Shown here: positions 1-11,100 of the stretch, piece by piece | Layout: every line of letters starts with the position of its first letter | Position numbering within the stretch: the first letter of the stretch is position 1 | Source: Tubulanus polymorphus | Lineage: Eukaryota > Animalia > Nemertea | Length of the DNA: 60,000 nt | Assembly: GCF_964204645.1 (NCBI RefSeq) | Contig: NW_027437477.1 | Location: forward strand, 1 to 60,000 | Reading direction: 5' to 3' | Notes under the pieces: generated by a model | What the model saw: only the letters and a program-made list of their open reading frames with translations | Told to the model about the DNA's origin: nothing | Databases searched by the model: none | Made by a program: the position numbers and the translations under genes

Positions 1-35
<35 letters not shown>

Positions 36-117
36 AAATCTGAATCGCGAACAATTCGGAAAGGTAGAATACGACTGTTGTAGCGATCGTAAACGATCCA
101 CCAAACGATGATCATTT

Positions 118-190
<73 letters not shown>

Positions 191-224
191 CAAACGATGA
201 TCATTTATATATAAATATATATAT

Positions 225-317
<93 letters not shown>

Positions 318-351
318 ATATATAAATGATCATCGTTTGGTGGATCCTTTA

Positions 352-432
<81 letters not shown>
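1..432. repeat. (TA)n microsatellite blocks (1-32, ~122-320, ~354-432) interrupted by a short inverted repeat
   Basis: Direct reading; the IYIYIY ORFs are artefacts of this repeat. Confidence 0.95.
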
Positions 433-435
<3 letters not shown>

Positions 436-458
436 TTCACTTTCATTATCATTTTCAG

Positions 459-3400
459 ATATATACTGATTTTTTTCCCGGACGGGGATGCCACGTCATT
501 CGCCGCTTACGCTTTCAATACGTTCGATACAGGTATATATAGACCGATCGATCGATCGATCGATATCGTGGTTGTCATTAGCGACCGATCGATATTTCGT
601 TTTTCGTCTTTTTTTTTCCCAGATAACGACGGACAGATCAACTTCCGCGAATTCATAACCGGTTTGAGCGTGACGTCACGAGGCACGGCGATCGATAAAC
701 TGAAATGGGCGTTCAATATGTACGACATCGATAACAACGGTACTATTTCGAAAGCGGAACTTTTAGAGATAATGAAGGTAAATAAACCGGTCCGGTCAGC
801 CCTTAGTAGTAGAGGCAGTTTGAAAGCTCGAAACGGTTAAGTTTGAATAGTTGACCTTATCGAAAACACTAAGTAACTTTAAACAACTACGCCCAACAAA
901 TTATCCTAATCTCCACTTCATTTGCATACCGCTCTTAATCTCCACTTCATTTGCATATCTTATTTTTCATAATGTTGAGAGAATCCGACAATGCTAACGA
1001 AAAACAGTCCGAAAATAACTTAGAGCTAGTGTAGTTTATTCAACGTTTTCGTCATAAAAGTAATTTTTCAGGAATACAGCATTCATGAAGATGAATTTTA
1101 GAATATAGTCGAAACGTCGAATAAGCTACACTAGCTCAAGGAATACAGTATTCCTGAAGATGACTATTAGGATATAGTCGAAACGTTGAATAAACTACAC
1201 TAGCTCAAGGAATACAGTATTCCTGAAGATGACTATTAGGATATAGTCGAAACGTTGAATAAACTACACTAGCTCAAGGAATACAGTATTCCTGAAGATG
1301 ACTATTAGGATATAGTCGAAACGTTGAATAAACTACACTAGCTCAAGGAATACAGTATTCCTGAAGATGACTATTAGGATATAGTCGAAACGTTTGAATA
1401 AACTACACTAGCTCAAGGAATACAGTATTCCTGAAGATGACTATTAGGATATAGTCGAAACGTTGAATAAAACTACACTAGCTCAAGGAATACAGTATTC
1501 TTGAAGATGACTATTAGGATATAGTCGAAAACGTTGAATAAACTACACTAGCTCAAGGAATACAGTATTCTTGAAGATGACTATTAGGATATAGTCCGAA
1601 ACGTTGAATAAACTACACTAGCTCAAGGAATACTGTATTCCTGAAGATGACTATTAGGATATAGTCGAAACGTTGAATAAACTACACTAGCTCAAGGAAT
1701 ACAGTATTCCTGAAGATGACTATTAGGATAAAGTCGAAACGTTGAACAAACTACACTAGCTCAAGGAATACAGTATTCCTGAAGATGACTATTAGGATAT
1801 AGTCGAAACGTTGAATAAAACTACACTGGCTCAAGGAATACAGTATTCCTGAAGATGACTATTAGGATATAGTCGAAACGTCGAATAAACTACACTAGCT
1901 CAAGGAATACAGTATTCCTGAAGATGACTATTAGGATATAGTCGAAACGTTGAACAAACTACACTAGCTCAAGGAATACAGTATTCCTGAAGATGACTAT
2001 TAGGATATAGTCGAAACGTTGAATAAAACTACACTAGCTCAAGGAATACAGTATTCCTGAAGATGACTATTAGGATATAGTCGAAACGTCGAATAAACTA
2101 CACTAGCTCAAGGAATACAGTATTCCTGAAGATGACTATTAGGATATAGTCGAAACGTTGAATAAACTACACTAGCTCAAGGAATACAGTATTCCTGAAG
2201 ATGACTATTAGGATATAGTCGAAACGTTGAATAAACTACACTAGCTCAAGGAATACAGTATTCCTGAAGATGACTATTAGGATATAGTCGAAACGTTGAA
2301 TAAACTACACTAGCTCAAGGAATACAGTATTCCTGAAGATGACTATTAGGATATAGTCGAAACGTTGAATAAACTACACTAGCTCAAGGAATACAGTATT
2401 CTTGAAGATGACTATTAGGATATAGTCGAAACGTTGAATAAACTACACTAGCTCAAGGAATACAGTATTCTTGAAGATGACTATTAGGATATAGTCGAAA
2501 CGTTGAATAAACTACACTAGCTCAAGGAATACTGTATTCCTGAAGATGACTATTAGGATATAGTCGAAACGTTGAATAAACTACACTAGCTCAAGGAATA
2601 CAGTATTCCTGAAGATGACTATTAGGATAAAGTCGAAACGTTGAACAAACTACACTAGCTCAAGGAATACAGTATTCCTGAAGATGACTATTAGGATATA
2701 GTCGAAACGTTGAATAAACTACACTGGCTCAAGGAATACAGTATTCCTGAAGATGACTATTAGGATATAGTCGAAACGTCGAATAAACTACACTAGCTCA
2801 AGGAATACAGTATTCCTGAAGATGACTATTAGGATATAGTCGAAACGTTGAACAAACTACACTAGCTCAAGGAATACAGTATTCCTGAAGATGACTATTA
2901 GGATATAGTCGAAACGTTGAATAAACTACACTAGCTCAAGGAATACAGTATTCCTGAAGATGACTATTAGGATATAGTCGAAACGTCGAATAAACTACAC
3001 TAGCTCAAGGAATACAGTATTCCTGAAGATGACTATTAGGATAAAGTCGAAACGTTGAACAAACTACACTAGCTCAAGGAATACAGTATTCCTGAAGATG
3101 ACTATTAGGATATAGTCGAAACGTTGAATAAACTACACTGGCTCAAGGAATACAGTATTCCTGAAGATGACTATTAGGATATAGTCGAAACGTCGAATAA
3201 ACTACACTAGCTCAAGGAATACAGTATTCCTGAAGATGACTATTAGGATATAGTCGAAACGTTGAATAAACTACACTAGCTCAAGGAATACAGTATTCCT
3301 GAAGATGACTATTAGGATAAAGTCGAAACGTTGAACAAACTACACTAGCTCAAGGAATACAGTATTCCTGAAGATGACTATTAGGATATAGTCGAAACGT

Positions 3401-4142
3401 TGAATAAACTACACTGGCTCAAGGAATACAGTATTCCTGAAGATGACTATTAGGATATAGTCGAAACGTCGAATAAACTACACTAGCTCAAGGAATACAG
3501 TATTCCTGAAGATGACTATTAGGATATAGTCGAAACGTTGAATAAACTACACTAGCTCAAGGAATACAGTATTCCTGAAGATGACTATTAGGATATAGTC
3601 GAAACGTCGAATAAGCTACACTTGCTCAAGGAATACAGTATTCCTGAAGATGACTATTAGGATAAAGTCGAAACACTGAATAAACTACACTAGCTCAAGG
3701 AATACAGTATTCCTGAAGATGACTATTAGGATATAGTCGAAACGTTGAATAAACTACACTAGCTCAAGGAATACAGTATTCCTGAAGATGACTATTAGGT
3801 TATAGTCGAAACGTTGAATAAGCTACACTAGCTCTAGGAATTCTTTCAAGGAAGGCTTTCTTTTTTGTAATTGCTCTGTGTAAATTATTGGCACAAAACG
3901 GACGCATAGTTTTTTTTTCATCAGTCGTAATTATTTTTCATATTCTTTGTTTTAAGGCGATTTATAAACTGATGAATCCTGAAACTACGATTCTACCGGA
4001 AGATGAATCAACTCCGCAAAAACGAACCGATAAAATATTCAACAGCATCGACAAAAACCATGACGGCGAATTAACTCTTACCGAGTTCATAGAGGGCGCT
4101 GCTCAAAACGAATCGCTAATAAGAATGATTCAAGGAAAATAA
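459..4142 (+). CDS. Neuronal calcium sensor family (neurocalcin/hippocalcin-like) gene, 3' part; exons ~459-532, 623-777, 3957-4142; 5' exons lie upstream of the window
   Basis: The spliced peptide [82 protein letters not shown]...[35 protein letters not shown] matches EF-hands 2-4 of NCS proteins. GT-AG boundaries have compatible phases. The T run at ~470-476 has one extra T. Confidence 0.9.
1070..3840 (+). repeat. 69-bp tandem satellite, about 40 units, in the last neurocalcin intron
   Basis: Unit GAATACAGTATTCCTGAAGATGACTATTAGGATATAGTCGAAACGTTGAATAAACTACACTAGCTCAAG recurs at 1141, 1210, etc. Confidence 0.98.
1149..3820 (+). ncRNA. Tandem minimal type I hammerhead ribozyme motifs, one per 69-bp unit (Penelope/retrozyme-type)
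   Basis: Unit 1149-1192 reads: stem I 5' UAUUC, core CUGAAGA, extra U, stem II GACUAU-(UAGGAU)-AUAGUC, GAA, palindromic ACGU stem III, cleavage residue U/C, stem I 3' GAAUA. Confidence 0.8.
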
Positions 4143-4454
4143 ACACAAACATTTTGATTCTCCGTCGATTCATCGATGATCCCCAAATTTCGTGCTAATG
4201 CTAGAATCACATAAGTTATTGCAATTAACAGTATTTTGCTAATCACATATATTCAATCAATAACTAATTATAAACATAAGTATTGGAATAAAATACGGAT
4301 AAATTTCTATTATTACCACTCTTATCTATTCCAGTTTGTTTATAGTTGTTTTTATGTGAGGTTTTTTGAATACTTGGACTGTTTTGATCTATTATCACAT
4401 TTCGTCGGAACTGAAATCGATTATATACCATACTAACAATAATCGATATGGATT

Positions 4455-4572
4455 GAGAGAGAGAGAGGGAGAGAGGGAGAGAGGGAGGGAGGGAGGGAGA
4501 GAGGGAGAGAGGGAGAGAGGGAGAGAGGGAGGGAGGGAGGGAGAGAGGAGAGAGCGAAGGAGAGGGAGGGAA
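4455..4572. repeat. GA/GGGA purine-rich microsatellite
   Basis: Direct reading. Confidence 0.9.
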
Positions 4573-4704
4573 GGTGAGCTAATTAGGACCCTATTCAACC
4601 TCTTTTAGGGCACTTGACGGGTTATTATCACACGTAAATGGGTCATTACACTGACCAAAATGTATCCAGCAAATATAGTTTGATGGTCGAAACGTCAGTG
4701 AATT

Positions 4705-4765
4705 GAGCTGGCAAGCGTGAGACCCAGGGGTTCGAGTCCCACCGGAGCTAGGGTTAAGGTTACCG
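4705..4765 (+). mobile_element. Partial tRNA-derived SINE-like fragment
   Basis: CTGGCAAGC...GGTTCGAGTCCC B-box followed by CTAGGGTTAAGGTT, similar to the element at 49115-49195. Confidence 0.4.
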
Positions 4766-5112
4766 ATTACCTGGCGCTCGAATCATTTTTTAGGGTTGGG
4801 GTTAACGCGTATTTCGACGTAAAAAAATCCATTGTTACTGGATAAGTTGGTTTTTACAATCGACATCTGTCTCGCGTGTTTCGTAACTGTCTCGCGCGTT
4901 TCGTAACTGTTGATTCGCATGTAACACGCACATGTAACATGCACATATCGACCGCTTGTGGAGTACGAGAGTTAAATTAAAACATGTCAATGACGATGAT
5001 TTTAATTTATTGTGTTGTTGTCAGTTTGTTATTGGGTGAATACCGCACTGCTGGGTTCTAAGTGTCGGTTGCCCTGGGTGATTGCAGCTGATTCACTGTG
5101 GTCGGGGATAAA

Positions 5113-5419
<307 letters not shown>

Positions 5420-5721
5420 TATTATTATTATTATGATTATTACTATATACTGAGAGAGAGTGAGAGAGTAGTTGTGTGAGGTAGTTGTTTCAGTTGTCAG
5501 AACGACGACGTGCGCGAGTCGCAGGCACCTGTATCTGCTGCGAGGCTGATCTGCGTCGTATAGATATATATATATACAAATATATATGTTTAATAGCGAG
5601 AGTTTTAATACGATAGCTGATAGATCGATGATGGGACATTCATGGCGAGATCACCAACAATTCAGTCTTTGCGGCGATCAACGACAGTCGATGAGATCGA
5701 ATCCAATCGTTTTCGAATATA

Positions 5722-5752
<31 letters not shown>

Positions 5753-7088
5753 GTGCTTTCTAACGGAATTTTTCGAAAGTGAATTTATATGTATTGATTT
5801 GTTCCGATGCACGCCTATCGTCATGTCTATATATTTTTAATAGCTGTCATCATCGGGCAGCCGGCAGTAGACAGTTTACAGGCAGTAGGCAGCGAATGTT
5901 GAAGTCAATACGTCACCTACTATATCGGTAACTTGCAGGATTCGATTCTCTGGTTAGTAATTTAATGTAAGGTTTCTTTTGTTATGTCGATGAGTGAATT
6001 TGAAGCACGATATTTTTTGCCGGCGTTCTTTCGCCGCTCGCCGATAACCGACCCGAGTTGGTCAACTCGCTGGAACTCGAGATAGGAAATTTATTTATCA
6101 AAAACGTGAATTATGACGTGAGTATTTGAATATTTATATCTGAGACTAGTAAATATGAATATATCATGTATGTAATAATCTGTGGCAGAAGTTGAAAATT
6201 TTCGCCTGGAATAATTTTCGATAATTTCTACTGACAAATTCAGTAAAAGTAGTGTGCGTTTAGCAGCAGCCGCCGCAGCAGCAGCAGCAGCAGCAGCAGC
6301 CGCAGATAAACGACGGTCTAATCGAGAAAATTCGAATCTAAATTCATCATCTCGCTTTTCACCGCGCGATAGTTTTTTTCGTGTCGCTTACTTTAAAAAA
6401 AAAGAAGCTTGATATAGATTGAAAATTTTATTTTTTCACCCGGAAGTAAAATGAGTAATACCCGTATGGGTTTGACATTCATCTCTGCGGGTACATCGTG
6501 TGTGTTTTAAATACAGCTGGCCTTAGTTCAAACAGAGAACGTGTTGTAAAAACGAACTCGCGACCTCGCGACTTCGCTGACTCTCCCTCTCTCCTGATAC
6601 TCGACAATATATCCAATGCGATGCGAATCGGTTGTCGATATTGCCGATGTATCTGATATCAACACGGTAACAGCTGTATATCACTAGTATCTACAGAGTA
6701 TTTCGAGATTAACCAAACAGTCACCACTTCATTCGCATGATCGTTTTTCAATCGTGTTAAGAATCTACGAATTCATGCATCTGCCCTTGACTGATTGACA
6801 TGTGAACTTGTCGTCTCTCCGTTTACTGCGAATGAATGGTTTTGAAACCGTCTGTCACTATGTGTCCTGCATCTGGACTTGAGGCCCATTCACGTCCAGT
6901 CAGTTCTAATCGTTTCTGATCTGTAGTTATGACATGTTAATTATTAATGGTTGAATTCGTATCAATTTGGTTCGGTACTCGCTTAATTCACTTCCACCCG
7001 ATCGGTTACATCCCGCTACCCGTAACTCGCAACTCGCATCCCGCACCCCGCAACCCGCACGTCGAACCTACCTGTTACTACCTCATCA

Positions 7089-7481
7089 CTCAGTGTTACT
7101 GTAATACCTCACTGTGTGTTACTGTAATACCTCACTGTGTGTTACTGTAATACCTCACTGTGTGTTACTGTAATACCTCACCGAGTGTTACTGTAATACC
7201 TCACCGGGTGTTACTGTAATACCTCACTGTGTGTTACTGTAATACCTCACTGTGTGTTACTGTAATACCTCACTGTGTGTTACTGTAATACCTCACTGTG
7301 TGTTACTGTAATACCTCACTGTGTGTTACTGTAATACCTCACTGTGTGTTACTGTAATACCTCACCGGGTGTTACTGTTATACCTCACTGTGTGTTACTG
7401 TAATACCTCACTGTGTGTTACTGTAATACCTCACCGGGTGTTACTGTTATACCTCACTGTGTGTTACTGTAATACCTCACT
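7089..7481. repeat. 23-bp minisatellite (CTCACTGTGTGTTACTGTAATAC), about 17 copies
   Basis: Period 23 (7108 to 7131). Confidence 0.95.
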
Positions 7482-8157
7482 CGACGGTCTCACTTAAATA
7501 GCTTGCTTAGTGTTACTGGTTTTTCCTGATTGCTGTTGTTCGAATTAAGCCGTTATCAATGTGTCAGTGCGGTTTGTCTATGCATGTATAGTGTATACAT
7601 GTATAGTTAGGACACGTCGTCTTATAACTTGTTGAAACCAAGGACAGTCAGTTCTGTCAGTAGTAGATCGTATGACTAACACCTGCCCCCAAAACGTCGT
7701 GATTTAATTAGTGGTTTTGATGGACCCCGGTACGATCAGGTAAGTGTTAGTTAGATAGGATGTGTTAGGAAGAAGGGAGTGTTAGTTCGACGATGGCGGG
7801 TGCTAATGAATTAATACCACCATTAACAACTCTTGATTCATACGTGGAATATGTTTACCGGTGTACGAGGCCGCTGTTAGTTAGTTTGTCGAACCAGCAG
7901 TGGATAACCGACATGATACAGGCTACATCAAAACTGCAATGTTACTTTAATTCATATCTGATGGTCAAGCTTTAACGAATTTCGAAAAATCGACGAGCCC
8001 TGATTCTATTGGTCAGTTCGTGTCTCACCTGCCATTTTGTATTGGTCAGTGTAAATCTGTTGTTCCGGTAGATGTCGCCCCGAAGCCTCATACGGTATAG
8101 TGGATGTTAATTTATTCAATATGTCGTTGTAGATCCGATCGGAGTACAACTAGAAAG

Positions 8158-11100
8158 ATGTCTGATTTCACAAATACGACTGGGGCGACGGATCTCAAAG
8201 TGCTCACGCAACAATTCGAATCGGTGACGTACCGACACGCCTTACTCGATTATACGGACTCAGACCAGTCGGCGTACGATGAAACACCTACTAACCAGAC
8301 GCCCCCTGGTGAGACGAATGGTCACGCGGAATGGCTCAGTGCTGAACAAAGAACGCGGTTTGATATCGATATCTACGTGAACAAACTTTACGATCAAGTC
8401 ATCGAGCAGCTAATCGATCTGATGAGATCTGTACAGTTCACGCATGCGCACTCCGTTCCCGGAAATATAATCCGTAATTATTTGAAATCGTTCAATAATG
8501 AACCGAATTGCACTAAGGTCAGTAATCCGTACACGACATCATTACTGACTCGAATGTATAATATATACGAATACAGTCAACAACATGTACCTGCTCCTAC
8601 TCGCCTGCCACAGCAGGAACCATCAACGGGTACTCCTCCTCGCCTGCCGCAGCAGGAACCAGCAGCGAGAACTCCTCCTCGCCTGCCGCAGCAGGAACTA
8701 GCAAAGAGAACTCCGCCTCGCCTGCCGCAGCACGAACCAGCTCAACAGCCTGGTCACGTGACTGACAATCGTGACGAACCTTTAGACATGCGCAAACTAG
8801 CAACGATCCATTCGGACGCGGAGCATCATAGTCGACCTTCACCCCATAGTCAACCTTCAATCCGTAGACGACCTTCACCTGAAGAATTAGTTCCGAACAC
8901 GAAAATGTTTGAATTGTTCAATCGTAAGAAACTGGATGATGCTACACTGATCCTTATCGAACGCTTTAGAGATCAAACTATCACTAGTGAATTAGCAGAG
9001 ATATTAATGCGATATTTCCTAGAGACGTTTCGTGCTTTGAATCGTACCGAATGGACTGAAAATATGTTAATGCGTCGTATTCACGAAGCGTGCGTTATTT
9101 TAGAAAAAGAAGCGACCGTTCGTGGTAAAACTACAGAAGGTATCAGTATGATGAATGTCGCTATCAAAGTCGCTCAATATCTCAGTATTCTCGACGTAGA
9201 ATCATCCGAAACTACTGCTGCTCCTAATTTACAGACACCCCGCTCTGAAATTACTTCTGCTCCTAATTTACAGACACCCCACTCTGAAACAACTACTGCT
9301 CCTAGTTTACAGACACCCCGCTCTAAATATAACGTCAATCCAAATGAGCAGCAACTTGCGGAACTTGATCCTCCACATAATGCTATTGCCCAACAGCATA
9401 ATACCCCACAATGCGGTACTAAACAGTATTACGCCCAACAATGTAGTAACCAAAAGTATGCTACCCCACAGTATAGTGCCCCACAATGTGGTGCCCCACA
9501 GTATAGTGCCCCACAATGTGGTACTCATCAGCAAAGTGCCCCAAATGGTTTTAGCAAACAGCATAATACACAAAAATGCGTTACCCAACAGTATTACGCC
9601 CAACAATGTAGTAACCAAAAGTATAGTACCCCACAGTATAGTGCCCCACAATATAGTGCTCATCAGCAAAGTGCCCCAAATGGTGGTACCCAACTGTATA
9701 ATGCCCCACAATACGGTACCAAACAGCATAATGCCAAAAGATGCGGTACCCAACAGTATTACGCCCAACATTGTGGTAACCAAAAGTATGCTACCCCACA
9801 GTATGGTCCCCCTCAATGTGGTTCTCATCAGCAGAGTGCCCCAAATGCTGGTACTCAACAGTATAGTGCTCCAAAATGCGGTACCCATCAGTATAATGCT
9901 CCACAATTTGGTTCTCGGCAGAATGCTACCCTAGAATATAGTGCCCCAGTATATGATACCCAACAGTATGCCGTCCCACGCGGTGGCCCTCCGGCACATA
10001 ATAGTGGCACTCAACACTACAGTGCCCCAGAGTATGGAGCCTTACAATGTGGTACCGCTGTACACCACATTGGCCCACAGTATGGTGGTAACAACCCCGC
10101 ACAGTGTGGTGGTACCAACCATGTACACTATATCCCTGACGATCAATATATGTCGTGTTCTCTCCATAGCATACAACAGCCTGTGCCACCTGCTGGGATT
10201 ACACAGTACTACAATAACACAATTATCCAACAGTCCCCTCTACAATGTCATCACACTCTGCATCCTGATACCGTCAGTCATCAGCTAGTATCACCCGATA
10301 GTCATCAGATAGTACCACCTCATAGTCGTCAGATAGTACCATCTCATAGTCATCAGATAGTACCCCCTCATAGTCATCAGCTAGTATCACCCGATAGTCA
10401 TCAGATAGTACAACCTCATAGTCATCAGATAGTACCATCTCATAGTCATCAGAAAGTGCGACCCTATAATCATCAGATGGTGCCACCCCAAAAACGGGTA
10501 GCTTCCCGTACAACCCAAAGTTTACCCGTATCTTCAGCAGTAATGACGTCACCGCTTGCATTAAAGTCTCGTCCTACAAAAAGTCAACTGAGCAACACAA
10601 AAACAAATCACTTGTTATCAGCGACACAGAGACATATCAATCAGAATGAACATTCCATCGATCACCAGATGGCGCACGTGTCAGATAGTGATGATCATCC
10701 GACGATAAACATTCAATCATTAGATAAAACTACAGAACACGTGACTACATCAAACACTACCAGCATTGAATCAAACGCGCCACCTAGTGACAATTCAGTG
10801 TATCTAAAACAACACGTGACCAAATCTATGCCACCTAGTGACAATTCAGAGAATCTAAAACAACACGTGACCAAATCTGTGCCACCTAGTGACAATTCAG
10901 AGAATCTAAAACAACACGTGACCAAATCTGTACCACCTTGTGACAATTCAAAGAATCACATACAACTCGTGTTCAACTCTACGCCACCTAGTGACAATTC
11001 AGAGAACCAAATACAACAGGTGGCTAAATCTGTGCCACCTAGTGACAATTCAGAGAACCAAATACAACACGTGACTAAATCTATGTCATCCAGTGACAAT

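Noticed and set aside
1070-3840. CRISPR-like array
   Set aside because: Units are near-identical along their whole length with no unique spacers, there are no cas genes, and the context is a eukaryotic intron.
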